Shown: positions 1-13,898, counted from the stretch's first letter. The stretch: 64,000 nucleotides of DNA from Octopus vulgaris (GCA_951406725.2 OX597820.1:45322001-45386000); one strand, 5' to 3'. Notes: generated from the letters alone by a model not told the origin. Numbers and translations are program-made.

Positions 1-332
1 ACTTGAAAAAAAACAAACCTTTTATGTATTTCATTTATGACAGCAAATCAACCCGGCTGAACTCACTCTTTTTCCAAGCTATATACATAAAAGGCATTGA
101 ACTCAACATTACTAAGCTCATGACACACTCATTAATTTAACAGTGGTTCTACTGCTTACATTTGTAACTTATACCACTGGACCAACTTCAGCTTGCCAGC
201 TTCTGTTGTATTCAGCATCAGAATCTATAGAAATACAGAAACCTATTTTGACAGCGGAGAGAGTGTATAACACGTGTAGATTGTTATACTGTAACGTAAC
301 ACAAACAATTAAGCACTGCATTTCAGAATTTA

Positions 333-745
333 CACTTCATGTTGCGGTTTGGTGGCTTGTGTGTCTCAATGGCCCTGAGAGCTGTGCCAGCGGACTGCAA
401 GTCCCTTGTGGTTCCTATACTGGACAAATCAAAGGATAGAAGTCAGGTCAACATGGACTACTTCATCCCAGAGGTAAAAACGAGTTTGTATAGGGCTAAT
501 ATTCCTATGAAAGAAAAACAACAACAAAATTACAGGAGTATCGATGACAATTCAAAACCAAGAACTAGGAGAGAAAATACCTTCACCCAGGAAGGCTTAT
601 GACGCAGCGTATCAAAATCCGGAAAAAGGGTGCAAAGCTGCAGTGAATCAGTTGGAGGGAAGTAGAAAAAATAGTGAAGAGTGGAGAACAGTAGAGAGAA
701 AATGTCGATGACCTAGGATCCATAGGGAGCGAAGAGCTTGAGTAA
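333..745 (+). mobile_element. Internally deleted RTE-clade LINE (5' UTR module plus 3' end)
   Basis: tgttgcggtttggtggcttgtgtgtctcaatggccctgagagctgtgccagcgg resembles, from recall, the conserved 5' end of RTE/Expander/BovB elements. About 640-745 resembles an RTE ORF terminus (..RENVDDLGSIGSEEL*). Confidence 0.5.
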
Positions 746-1693
746 GCAATATATTAGGATGTGAAAGCTCGGGAAGAGGTATGATGTATCTGGTACAATG
801 ACTCTGTCATTTAATCAAATATCTATGTTCTATAGTTCTGTTGGATCAGAGCTGACGTGGGCTTACACATCATCATTATCTTCAATAACCTCCAATTTAT
901 AATTATATTTATAGGAACATCAAGAAATTGTGTCGGTTGTGGACAGTATTAAGGTTATAGAATACCATCCGACAAACAGTGCAACTGGTAGCCCAACAAC
1001 CCCCACCCCGCCACTTTTATCGCTTCGACCATCTGTTACTCAGTGACGAAATTAAGAAACTAATGTTGAAATTCAACAATGCATTGAGACAATCTAAACT
1101 TAAAAAACAATACCATTGTCAGTCATTTGTGATTCAACAATCTCTTCATCATGTTGAATGGTTTTGACATTTGTCAGCTCTGCATAATTTCTTTCCTTTT
1201 CTTGTTTTTAATTTTCTTTTTTTTTTTACTTTTGTTTTTGTTATAGCTTTTGTTGTTGTTTGTAAAAATGTAAAAAAAAAATGTAAGTAGACAAACATTC
1301 AAAGAAAGCTACAAAGCAAACTTTTACAATAATCTCGTGTTTATTTTGCTCGTCTTGACACCTCCGTGTTTATGATGGGACAACAAGAGGAAAACTGTGA
1401 GAAAATAGATTAACGCCTATATACTCCGCCTACAACTTATCGTCATCGTCATCATCATAATTATTATTATTAATAGCAGTAAGGCGGTGAGCTGGCAGAA
1501 TCATTAGCACGCTTGGCAAGATGCTTAGCAGCATGTCGCCCATCCTTACGTTCTGAGTTCAAATTCCACCGAGGTCAACTTTGCCTTTCATCCTTTCGGG
1601 GTCGATGAATTAAGCACCATTTGAGCGATGTGGTCGATGTAATTGGCTTAAACTTCCTGTGATAGTGCTGGCTTTGTACCAAAATTAGAAACC

Positions 1694-1756
<63 letters not shown>

Positions 1757-1760
1757 TATT

Positions 1761-2290
1761 ATCTTTGCACAGCTTCTAACGCTGGATATGTACTATGGTG
1801 CCAGTTCAGTTGTTCACTACCAGTAAACTAAAGTAACACCCCTTATTTTTCGAGCACCATCCGGAGTATTCGATCGGCTCCAAGCAGTGCTGTTTTCTGC
1901 GAGTGTTCCACCCTTATTGCAGCCCCTATTTGTTCTATGTATTTCTTCAAGATTTTTACTCACTCTTTCCAGGACTCTGAAAATTATTGGTACTACTACC
2001 ACCTTTTTCATCGACCACAACTGCTTTACCTCCAAAGCTAACCCGTCATATCTATCGACTTTTGTTTCTTCGTTATCGAATACCTTGTTGTCACCTGGGC
2101 ATGCTATATCAATGATCCAGCATCGTTTGCTTTCTTTCTCAATTAACATTATGTCTGGTTTCCTATTCTCTATCTCATGGTCGCACTGATTCCTAAAATT
2201 CCATAGGATCCTTGCATTATCATTTTCGATGATGCGTTCGGGTTTATGTTCGTCCCACTGTTTTGCTCTGTCAATTCCATACTTGTTGCA

Positions 2291-2293
<3 letters not shown>
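1761..2293 (-). mobile_element. 5'-truncated R4/Dong-like non-LTR retrotransposon (restriction-like endonuclease C-terminus plus 3' UTR)
   Basis: RILWNF...RKPDIMLIEKESKRCWIIDIACPGD...RYDGLALEVKQLW...VVVVPII is a PD-(D/E)xK RLE domain. Flanked on both sides by (TTA)n. Confidence 0.85.
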
Positions 2294-2350
<57 letters not shown>

Positions 2351-3960
2351 CATTATTATTATTATTAAGGCAACGAACAGGCAGAATCGTTTAGCAGGTC
2401 AAGAAAAATGCTTAGCGGCACTTCGTCCATCTTTACATTCCGAGTTCAAATTCCCTCTGAGGTCGACTTTGCAGTTCATCCTTTCAGAGAAGATAAAATA
2501 AGTACCAGTTGAGTATTGGGATCGCTGTAATCGACTTATCCCCTCCCCCGAAATTGCTGGCCTTGTGCCCAAATCAGTAGCAGTAACAGTGGTGGCAATT
2601 TTGTTTTTCCTCTTCAGAATTTGAGTCTTTCTCATATTCTGACAAGGCTGACCATCTTGAGATATATGTGGCCATCTGTTAAATGTATATGACTTTGATT
2701 TACTTCCTTTAGATATGTTTGTTCTCATCCTGTCATCAATATCGTTTTCATTCTTTTATAATTAAATTATCTTATCGCCTTCAACGTTTTGATGTCAAAT
2801 CCAAGGGTTTATACCCCATGTACAAAATATATTCTTTCTCATTTTGGCACAAGGTTAGCAATGTTGAAGGGAGTGGGAAGTAGATTACATCAACTTCAGT
2901 TCTCATTTGCTCTTATTTTATCGATCTCGAAAGGATGAGAGACAAAATTAACCTTGGCGGCATTTGAACTCAGAAAGTAAAGAGTCGGAAGCATGTTCTC
3001 TGACGTGCTAACAATTCTGCCAGTTCACCGCCTCGTATGAAGTATATTGACACTAATTTAACTATTGAAATATTATATTATCTTTCAGGGAATATTGTAT
3101 ATATTGGTACAGAGGAAATAGAAATGTCAAAACATGTAATATTTTAATGAACTTAAACATTTCCCAATTAGTAATTTATGGTTGGAAAATAACGGTCTTA
3201 AATCTATTAACAGTTCTATATCTTCGTCTAACCTTCTGAATGAAGTAGTGAAAGTGACGCTATTATCACCGCGTTTTTATAAGAGGCACGAGTATCATAG
3301 GAATGATGTTATAATTGATAATATCATTATCGCCTGTTTAAAAATTTTTAACAGTTAATTACAAGTTACTTTCATGGATCAGTAATTGATCTAAATTTAT
3401 TACACGAGTGTTATATATGTGTACTGATATTTTGTTTGTATTTTGGTCTTGTACCAAAATTTGAAACCAATATATTGTTTGTATTTTGTTAGTAATACAG
3501 TCTCTATAGATAATCTAGTTTTTGTGTGTGTGTGGGTCGAATTTTGTATAAGATTGTAGTGTTATCTAAAGCCTTTCCATTTAGTTTTGTTTCGTATTTT
3601 ATGTTACAATGTATTGTAATGGCTCTATGTTGTAAATGCATGTTCAACCGACGAAAATGTGTTGTACTTTTGTGTCCGATGTGACAGTTTGAGTAGCGAA
3701 GTTTGCAACTCTCATCTGAATATTTTTCTGTCTTCTATAAGGAGTGGCTTCAAGGTGAAGGAGTGGCTGTGTGGTAAGAAGCTTGCTTCTCAACCACATG
3801 GTTCCGGGTTCAGTCCCAATGCGCGGTACATTGAGCAAGTGTCTTCTACTATAGCCTTATACTATACTATAGTCTTCTACTATATAGTAGAAGATACTTG
3901 CCCAAGAAGAGTCTTGTGGGCGGATTTGGTAGACGGAAACTGAAAGAAACCCGTCATATA

Positions 3961-4166
3961 AATGTGACCTCGTGTGTACCGTTGGCGATTTTTTTTTCTC
4001 TGTCTTCCCTTCTCTGGATCTTTCCTTCTCCTATGTTTCCGACGAAGAGCTCCGCTCGAAACGTTAAACCCTCCTTCTTTCTTTCTTTCCTGAGCGTCCA
4101 ATAATACTATATTTGTTCCACGTCCTCGCGTTGTGTTTTTTTGTGCTTTCTTGTTTGGATTAACTT
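3961..4166 (+). mobile_element. Short about 200-bp hammerhead-bearing repeat inserted in the internal TA tract of a SINE
   Basis: Related copies at about 7101-7337, 7385-7570 and a 3' half at 25125-25227 share the ttcctgagcg...taatac segment, and the three longer copies also share gctcgaaacgtt. Confidence 0.65.
4035..4069 (+). ncRNA. Degenerate minimal hammerhead-like motif (GAAACGTT type)
   Basis: GTTT-CCGACGA-A-GAGC(tcc)GCTC-GAAA-CGTT-AAAC; one core change (CCGA for CTGA). Confidence 0.55.
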
Positions 4167-4997
4167 TATATATATGTGTGTGTGTTTGTCCCCTACCATC
4201 GCTTGACAACCGATGTTGGCGTGTTTACGTCCCCGTCCCGTAACTTAGCAGTTCGGCAAAAGAGACCGATTGAATAAGTACTAGGCTTAAAAGGAATAAA
4301 TCCTGGGGTTGATTTCTTCGACTAAAGGCGGTGCTCCAGCATGGCCGCAATCAAATGACTGAAACAAGTAAAAGAATATTATTTCCTTCACGTTTAGGAT
4401 ACATTATAATATTATTAACTACCCCCAACACTCCAGTATACTTAATCTCATCGAGCTCAGAAAGAAAAAAGCAAAGTTGACCGCGGCTGGATTTGGACAG
4501 AGATAGAGAGCCCTAACTGAATACCATTCAACATTTTACCCAATTTTCTAACAACTTTTATAATACACTTGAAGTACATTCTGAGTCTTGTAGGTTTGTA
4601 GTTTCGTGTGGATGATGTTTTATAACCAGGATAGAGCTGAAGGTAGCGGTGAAAGTCAATAAGGGTGACGAGAAGGGTATAAACAGGTTGGATAAGTGGG
4701 TACAATCGGAAAGGATATGCTGTTAAATAATTTCAAGAAGGATTCTATAGACTCATGCACTCTATAAAATATATGTTTCAGAACTGATTGTTCTGATTTT
4801 TTTTCTTTTTTTGAGTAGCTTTGTTATTTAAACAAACGTATAAGAATAGGAATAAAAAATTATTCATAGATTTTCGGAAACAGCTTAAAATTATATAAAA
4901 ATTTTCTCTAAAACATCAACTAATCACTTGAAAATATTGACTCAGTCTATAAATGCCGTCATGAAATTTCCTAGATATTTCAAAATATTCTATTCTA

Positions 4998-5420
4998 CTG
5001 AAGGCACAAGGCTCGAAATTTTTGGGGAGGGGTCCAGCCGATTAGATCGACCCCAGTACGCAACTGGTACTTAATTTATCGACCCCGAAAGGATGAAAGG
5101 TAAAGTCGACCTCGGCGGAATTTGAATTCAGAACGTGAAGATAGACGAAACACCGCTAAGCATTTCGCCCGGCGTGCTAACGTTTCTATTTCTTTACTAC
5201 CCACAAGGGGCTACACATAGAGGGGACAAACAAGGATAGACAAACGGATTAAGTCGATTACATCGACCCCAGTGCGTAACTGGTACTTAATTTATCGACC
5301 CATGAAGGATGAAAGGCATAGTCGACCTCGGCGGAATTTGAACTCAGAACGTAGCGGCAGACGAAATACCGCTAAGCATTTCGCCCGGCGTGCTAGCGTT
5401 TCGGCCAGCTCGCCGCCTTA
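4998..5420 (-). mobile_element. Two nested/tandem copies of SINE family B with different 3' tails
   Basis: Shared core gagttcaaattccgccgaggtcgactttgcctttcatcctttcggggtcgataaattaagtaccag (MetaSINE-like central domain, from recall). Confidence 0.9.
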
Positions 5421-6294
5421 GATATTTCAAAATATTAAAAGTACATTCACGTCGTAATTTTACAGTTGTTGCCTATAACGGTTGGTATTGGTTACTCACT
5501 GTTTCGAATCATTGCTGCGTGGGTAAGAAGCTCACTTTGCAACCATGTGGTTTCGCATTCAGTCCTACTACGCGGCACCTTGGACAAGTGTCTTCTACTC
5601 TAGCCCCCAGACTATCGAATGCTTTGTGAGTGTATTTGACAGACGGAAACTGTGTGGAAGCCCATCGGATACATAATTCATGCAAACATATATATATGTA
5701 TGTATCTGTGTCTGTTCTCGCCCATCCCTTGATAACCGGTGTCGGTTTACTTACGTCGCCGTAACTAGCGATTCGGCAAAAGAGACCGACAGAATAAGTA
5801 ATAAGATTTAAAATAAGTTCTGGGGTTCATTTGTTCGACTAAATCACATCATGGTCGCATTCCAGTGCTTGAAAAGTGTAAAAGACAAAAAATAATAAAT
5901 ATAAATAACTAAAACAATATTTGATCCCTCCTTCCGCAGACGAAACGTTTGAATCGCTTAAGGTGGATCGATTTTAAATATACATCACGTAATTACTTTT
6001 CGGTCTTTACACATCGATGCATAAACCAAATAATTTTATAAATGTTTCGAGTCTGAAAGACACTGACGCTACGTAATATAACGAACCTCTCTCTATAACG
6101 ACCATGATAAAATGCATAAAAGCGCTTATAATGAGAAAAAATATCAAACTACAATTATTTAGGACTGGGAAATATTGTATGTTCGGATAAGAATATAAAA
6201 ATGTCATTTGCTAATGAGAATATACCAAAAAATTTTCTGTGTCTTTCTATAAAAAACATTTTCACATAGAATTAAACATATTCTTTAATGGTTT

Positions 6295-6720
6295 TGATCG
6301 GATTGGGTGGGAGAGGACAGTACCCACGGTCTTCGCCGAAAATCCGTGACTAGTGAGATCGACGGAGCAATATTTTATTGCCTTTATTTAAGTTATAAAT
6401 GGCGGCTACAGGAAAGAAAAAAAAACATGTGCAGGGTGGGAATTTCAAAGAGCTAAAAGTCTTGGGAAAGAAATAGTCTAGCGCGGCGCCTAAGGGCGTG
6501 GAGGCGAGTGACGAGAGAAGACAAAAACGAATGAGTCGGATGGATTCGAGTGAAGGCGAGTCGAGATTAAACAGCTCGAGATTAAACAGAGACGTTGCTG
6601 AAGCAACGATACAAAAGATAGAGCACGTTTTGTGGACTAGAGTTTAGTGCCTGTAGGTCAACGTTACCGGTGGATGAGCAGACCTATGACTACAACCGCT
6701 CCAACTGTAACCATCCAGTT
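6295..6720. promoter_or_regulatory. Candidate promoter / first-exon region
   Basis: Locally CpG-rich, non-repetitive island with ATTGG (6302), TATAAA directly before AAATGGCGGC (YY1-like, 6397-6406), GGGAATTTC and GGGCGTGG motifs. Confidence 0.3.
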
Positions 6721-7026
6721 TTTTAAATAGCTAGTGCATCTACATAATATACGCATACTTTCTTTTTTAAAACAGTGGCGTGTGCGTGATTTGATTGACT
6801 GATACGAGCACATATTCATGAAAATGGTTGAGAAAATGAAAGACTGAATCTCTTTCTGCAATTGATTAAATCAGCAACTAGAAAATCATAAAACCATTCA
6901 TTCAACAGTTCTTTTCATGGTTGTTTGCCAGTTTGAGAAACATCGAGGGTGCATATTTGATTTTCATGTTGCATTGGTTTATTATTAATACAACATGACG
7001 CAGATGTACATGTGCATATTTGCATA

Positions 7027-7100
<74 letters not shown>

Positions 7101-7108
<8 letters not shown>

Positions 7109-7336
7109 ATTCGCTAGCTTTTGCACGCATTTTTTTCTCTCCTTCTTTCTGTGTTTTTTTTTTCTGTGTATCTTTCTGTTGAAGAGCGTAGGCTCGAAAC
7201 GTTAAAGACTTGTTTCATTTATATTTCCTGAGCGCCATACTAATACAATTGTTTGTTTGTATTCCACCCGCCTTCGTCTTTTGTTTATTTCCGTAAACCT
7301 GCCTTCGTCTTTTGTCTATTTTCATAAAGCTTACCG

Positions 7337-7374
<38 letters not shown>

Positions 7375-7570
7375 GTATATGAATGTTTGTATCCATGTAT
7401 CGTCTCTCTCTGTCTTCCCTTCTATTGGACTTTCCTCTGTTTCCCAAAAAGAGCGTCTGCTCGAAACGTTAGACCATCTTTCTTTCCTTCCCTGAGCGTC
7501 TGCTAATACTTTACATGTACCACGTCCTCGCGTTGTTATGTTTGTTCTTCTTTTTTTTTTTTGATTTACT
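7101..7570 (+). mobile_element. Two adjacent copies of the about 200-bp hammerhead-like repeat family separated by (TA)n
   Basis: Both contain gagc..gctcgaaacgtta followed by ttcctgagcg or ccctgagcg. Confidence 0.6.
7171..7208 (+). ncRNA. Degenerate minimal hammerhead-like motif (GAAACGTT type)
   Basis: TCTTT-CTGTTGA-A-GAGC(gtag)GCTC-GAAA-CGTT-AAAGA. Stem I covaries relative to the 4035 copy. Confidence 0.55.
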
Positions 7571-7662
7571 ATATCAATCTATCTATCTATATAAAATTTA
7601 CGACAGTTTGTTTCGGTTCCGTTTTACTTCAAGTTTCGCGGGCCCCTAACGGGAGTCCATAA

Positions 7663-7710
<48 letters not shown>

Positions 7711-8597
7711 AAATGCGAAAATATTAATTTCTGTGTGTCAGTGTGTCACACTTAGACTCCCCTCTCTCACTATTCAATCACACTATTCTTCATGATGAGG
7801 TAAGAGTAATAGTAGGTATAGAGGCGATGAGGGTAGTGGCGAACACAGAGAGAGAAAGAGAGAGACAGACAGAGACAGAGAGAGATAGAAAAAGAGAGGG
7901 AGAGAAAGTGAGACAAAGAAATTCATTAAAAATAGTAGTGTTGATGGTGGAAATGGGAGTGATAATAATAGAGAGAGAAAGAGCGGGTGTGTGAGAGAAA
8001 GAGGGAGATGATGTACAACTTTGTTTAACCATGTCTCTTTGACAGAAATTCCTGTAGCCAACATACTGAACGCTATCATTTTTGTTTTAGTTTTTGCTTT
8101 TTTATATAGATATACACACGCACTCACACACACACATATATAAAATACACTTTAATTGAAATAAAGTTCCCTCCAAATTGAACATATCTAATATAATAAA
8201 TGTGAGTATCAGTGTATCACACTTTTTTCAACTTTAATACATCCTTTCTACTGGAATCACAAGGCCTGAAATTTTGGGGGAAGGGATTAAGTCGATTACA
8301 TAGACTCCAGTACGTAGCTGGCACTAATTTTATCGATCGAAAGGATGAAAGGCAAAGTCGACCTCGGCGGAATTTGAACTCAGAACGTAGCGGCAGACGA
8401 AATACCGCTAAGCATGTCGTCCGGCGTGCTAACGATTCTACCAGTTCCCCGCCTTAATATGATATAATGATGAAATGATATATGATATGATAAATGTGAA
8501 TGTCAGTGTGTTACACTTTTTCTACTTTACTCCTACAGGCCGTCACCCAACATATCATACCATTTTGGAATCAGGCTGACTCCGTGAGTGAATTAAA

Positions 8598-9155
<558 letters not shown>

Positions 9156-9195
9156 GACTGTATTTGCGACTTTTTACATTTTTTTTTTGCCCCCA

Positions 9196-11644
9196 TGGCT
9201 CTTAAGAAAATTCATGGTGAAAGTGCTAAGCATCATGCCATAACGCTGGAAGATAAACAGGTTATAATAGAATGCCATGAAGAAGGTGAAAAAGCGGTAG
9301 CAATTGCAATTGTACATAATAAGGGCAAGATTTTAGCACATATCAAATCTGAAGCCCCAGGGATGAAGAACACTGTCATTAATAAAAGAGCCAAAATCTT
9401 TGAAGAAATGGAAAGTCTTCTTTCTCTTTGGACTGTTAGGTTGAATCGTCAGCGTGCTACTATTAGTCAAGAAATCATTCAAGAAAAAGATTTGTCTTTG
9501 TTTGAGGACCTGAAGAAAAATGCCCAGATGAGAAAGATGTAGAGTTCAAGGCAAGTCAAGGATGGTTCGTGAGATTTAAGGAGCGATGAGGTTATCACTC
9601 CATTAAGAAGCAAAGTGAAAGTGTATCAGCTGACTAACAAGCAGTAGCGGAATTTCCTAATGCATTTAAAAAAATCATCGAAGAAAACGGGTTTCCTCCC
9701 GAAGAGATATTTAACGTAGACGAAACTGGATTGTATTGGAAAAAATTGCCAGATCATTCATTCATTTCCAAGGAGGAAAAGCTATTCCAGGCTACAAGGT
9801 CTCAAAAGAACGTGTTGAGAGGTAATTGTGCAGATTTTAAGTAAAAGCCATTGTTTGTGTATCATGCACACAACTCCCGTGCTCTGAAGAACATACCCAA
9901 AGCATCTCTCCTTGTTATATGGACGGCTAATTCAAAAGCGTGGGTTACTGTTGTTGTTTTTGAAGATTGGTTCTTCAATCATTTTATCCCAGCAGCATAG
10001 AAGTACTGTAAGGAGAAAGGGATTCCTTTTAAGGCTTTTCTTATCTTAGATTGTAGATTTTGACCACAACGTTACCGTCGTATACCTCCCTCCGAACACC
10101 ACATCTCTTCTGTAGCCAATCGATCAGGGAATAATTGCTATCTTCAGGCTTTATTATATGAAGCGTATACTGCGACAAGCAATAGCTGCAACTGATCTTG
10201 ATGAGTCCATTATACTTTGTGACTTTTGGAAGAGATACGATATCTACAAAGCTGTACAGAACATAGCAGTGGCATTGAATGATGTACAGATCACGGCTAT
10301 GAACGGTGTATGGAAGAAGCTATGCATGCAATTCATGAATGATTTTAAGGGCTTTGAAAATGTTGCCATGAACAAAACGTTGGTGACTACGATCAAAGAA
10401 CTGAAAATGGATTTGGAGGAGGAGGATTTCACGGATTTATTTGAAAAAGACAAGCAGCCCTTGACGAACGAGAATCTGATAGAGCTTCAAGAGCAGCAAC
10501 ATCAAGAAGAGGTCGAACCTGAGCCACGTCACTTTACCTTTACAAAAATGCAGCAAGCATTTGCATATATCGAAAAAGGTCTTTCTATGTTCGAGGATAT
10601 GGATCGAAATGCTCAACGCCTTTCCAAGATTATGGGGGCTTGTCACAAAGCTTTTGCTCCTTATAATGTAATCCTCGAAGAAAAGAAGACAGTTCAAGGA
10701 ACTCTCAACCAGTTTTTTTAAGCGCATCGAACAACAAGAATAGCCAGAGTCATCTGATGATGTTAACGATCCACAGCCATCTATATCCGCGATGTAAACC
10801 ACCAAATTGTATGTACGTATTGATAAATTTAAAATTAATTTTTTTACAGGCGCAGGAGTGGCTGTGTGGTAAGTAGCTTGCTAACCAACCACATGGTTCC
10901 GGGTTCAGTCCCACTGCGTGGCATCTTGGGCAAGTGTCTTCTGCTATAGCCCCGGGCCGACCAATGCCTTGTGAGTGGATTTGATAGACGGAAACTGAAA
11001 GAAGCCTGTCGTATATATGTATATACATATATATATATGTGTGTTTGTGTGTCTGTATTTGTCCCCCTAGCATTGCTTGACAACCGATGCTGGTGTGTTT
11101 ACGTCCCCGTAACTTAGCGGTTCGGCAAAAGAGACCGATAGAACAAGTACTGGGCTTACAAAGAATAAGTCCTGGGGTCGATTTGCTCGACTAAAGGCGG
11201 TGCTCCAGCATGGCCTCAGTCAAATGACTGAAACAAGTAAAAGAGTAAAAGAGTATTGCAAAATGATAATAATTGCTGGATTTGTTGTTTAAGTTTAAAA
11301 AAGGCTTTTATTTACCATGTCTTATTGCAAAGAGCGTTCATAAATAAAGCGCCCGCGATGTACGATAAATACCGGCAAATTGTATTTGTAAATTTAGATT
11401 ACACTCTTTTTTACTGTACTGTATTAGAAAATAAAAATTATTTGTTTGTAAGCTTAAAATAGGTTTTTATTAACCAAGTATTATTGATTATTGCATTCAT
11501 AAATAAAACACAAAACTGAGATGGTTTATTATCATTTTAGCCTAGAGACAAGTAAATTCAGCCTAGCCTAGCCTAGAGACAAGTTAATTCGGCTTAAGTC
11601 GTGTTTCCTGGAACCAATTAACGACGTAGGGTGAGGTATGCCTG
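9196..11644 (+). mobile_element. Decayed Tigger/pogo DNA transposon (CENP-B HTH plus DDE_1), interrupted by a SINE
   Basis: FKASQGWFVRFK, IFNVDETGLYWKKLP, AWVT...FEDWF, LPPNTTS..QP.DQG motifs with stops and frameshifts. Right TIR ...gaggtatgcctg|TA ends at 11644. Left TIR not seen. Confidence 0.9.
10849..11254 (+). mobile_element. SINE family A, intact, inside Tigger
   Basis: Nearly identical to the copy at 51272-51684. Confidence 0.95.
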
Positions 11645-11651
11645 TATGTAT

Positions 11652-11695
<44 letters not shown>

Positions 11696-12160
11696 GTGTG
11701 TGTGAGAGAGAAAGAGATAGTGGGTGGGTGTGATTGTGTATGTGTGTGTGTTTGAAGAATGATTTCTTTAAATTAAAACTATTAATTACATAAAAGAAAG
11801 CTTAATAAACAGAATAACGCAAATCTTTTTCCTATTGCATACTCACTTTGGCTGTCTTCAGACACATGCATTATGGGATAATCTCTGCAGAAGAAGTTGT
11901 TTACACCATAACACACGTGGTTGAAAAGCTATAAATAGCGAAAGTGCTTACATTATACGAATATTTCCTTTTAAGAGATTTGTGGCACTCTGTATTTTCG
12001 AAGAATTTTATAGAATTAACATTTATTAATTTAAAAAATACCCAGACGTTGTGAAACCTTGTGCGTGTGTATATATATAGGTGTGTGTGTGTTTGTGTGT
12101 ATGTGTGTGTGTACATGTATTTATATATATATATAGATATATTATATATATAAAATATAT

Positions 12161-12207
<47 letters not shown>

Positions 12208-12263
12208 TAATATATATATAGATATATTATATATATATATATATAATATATATTATATATAGA

Positions 12264-12315
<52 letters not shown>

Positions 12316-12351
12316 GCATGTGTATATATGTATATAAATAAGCATATATAT

Positions 12352-12845
12352 ATTCTCGATCGGCAATTTTCGGACGATTCAAGTCCCTGTTAGTGTAAAT
12401 ATTTTCATTCATGTGCGTTAACTACAACATCAGAGCATTTTTAACTCATATTTCTAACAAAGTAGGTGACAATTATAATTCTTTTTGGTGAAATATTGCA
12501 ATCTGCTGTTTATGTTTATTTTAGCGAATCGCTAAATCATCCATTACTTTGGATGACGAAGACATTTATACTAATAGCGAAGCAAACTGAAGAAAGCCGA
12601 GATCGAGCGGGTTTAACTGATGAGGCAACGGAAATTGCTGAAACTGTCGTCAGTATTAAGAATTCACGATCGGCATTTTTCGGACGATTCAGGACCCTAT
12701 TAGTGTATATGCTTTCATACACGTGCGTTAACTACAGCATTAGAGTATTTTAGCTCGTATTTCTAGCAATGTTGGTATTTCTTAAAACCCTAGACACATT
12801 TAGTGACATTTATAATTCTCCTTTATCGTGAAATATTGCAACCCG

Positions 12846-12847
<2 letters not shown>
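12352..12847 (+). mobile_element. Hammerhead-containing non-coding element, about 1.5 tandem units of about 310 bp (retrozyme / Penelope pLTR-like)
   Basis: 12352-12505 is a diverged direct repeat of 12662-12847, with the ribozyme at the junction. (TA)n flanks both sides. Confidence 0.75.
12612..12660 (+). ncRNA. Type I hammerhead ribozyme, canonical core
   Basis: TTTAA-CTGATGA-GGCAA(cggaaa)TTGCT-GAAA-CTG(tcgt)CAG-TA-TTAAG. All three stems pair and the GUA cleavage triplet ends at 12655. Stem I can extend via gatcg/cgatc. Confidence 0.85.
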
Positions 12848-12941
<94 letters not shown>

Positions 12942-13687
12942 GGTATATTATCTATGTATAATATGTATATTTATATACGTACATATATACATACACACGT
13001 ACGCACGTACACACACATATTTATAATGGCGAAGGAAGATGTTGACGCACGTGTTGGTGTATTCATGTGCGTGATGGGTTTAATAGGGCGTGTGCTGGTG
13101 TGTAAGTGCACACGTGCGTATATGCACACACACACACATTCATTCATTCAGCACATTTCCCAGCGCTAAATGTTGCTTCACACCATAAAAATGTAATGTA
13201 AAAACGATTCTTCCTCTTCCTCCAAACTTGATCTCTTTCAGATATATCCTCTATAAAACAATATCACTAATTTATTCAGTCTCAGCGATTTAAATCTCTT
13301 AATTAAATCTCACACTCAGTTCATCAGACGCTTCGTTCTAAAAATTATGCATCACCTGAACATTGAATAAAACTTCAATAACCCGAAACGATGCTATTTG
13401 CTTAACATTTAAATGTTAAATGTTGGACGTTGCTACCGTGTGAGTTGCACGAGGACCAACAGCAGGTTTAAAAGTGAAGCTAATATGAGACAACTGTTCG
13501 TCGTTGTAATAAGGACAATAAATTATACGATGTTAGCAATATACTTAAATTAGTCTGCTTAGGAAATTACGTGAGAATTGTCTCACTGCTCTATAATTAA
13601 TATAGCGTGTAGATTTGAGTCTGTGTGTATGCGTGTAGGCGAATGCCTGTGTTTAACGCACGTACACACATACGTACAGTTGCTTTG

Positions 13688-13735
<48 letters not shown>

Positions 13736-13788
13736 AGTAGTTGAATGAATTATGTTAGTATGGATAATTCGGTTAACTCCATTCTTTC

Positions 13789-13828
<40 letters not shown>

Positions 13829-13858
13829 GTGTGAGTGTGTGTGTGTGTGTGTATGTAT

Positions 13859-13898
<40 letters not shown>

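Larger units (their letters stand above)
3754..4376 (+). mobile_element. tRNA-derived SINE family A (internal TA/CA tract), with nested insert
   Basis: A-box gtggctgtgtggtaag and B-box ggttcagtccc; 3' gactgaaacaagtaaaaga tail; many copies in the window. Confidence 0.9.

Noticed and set aside
339-602. 87-aa ORF with apparent AG...GT boundaries as a host exon
   Set aside because: No recognisable domain; the sequence is better explained as RTE terminal sequence.
10849-10920. tRNA gene
   Set aside because: A/B boxes belong to a multi-copy SINE head that continues into SINE body; no acceptor stem.
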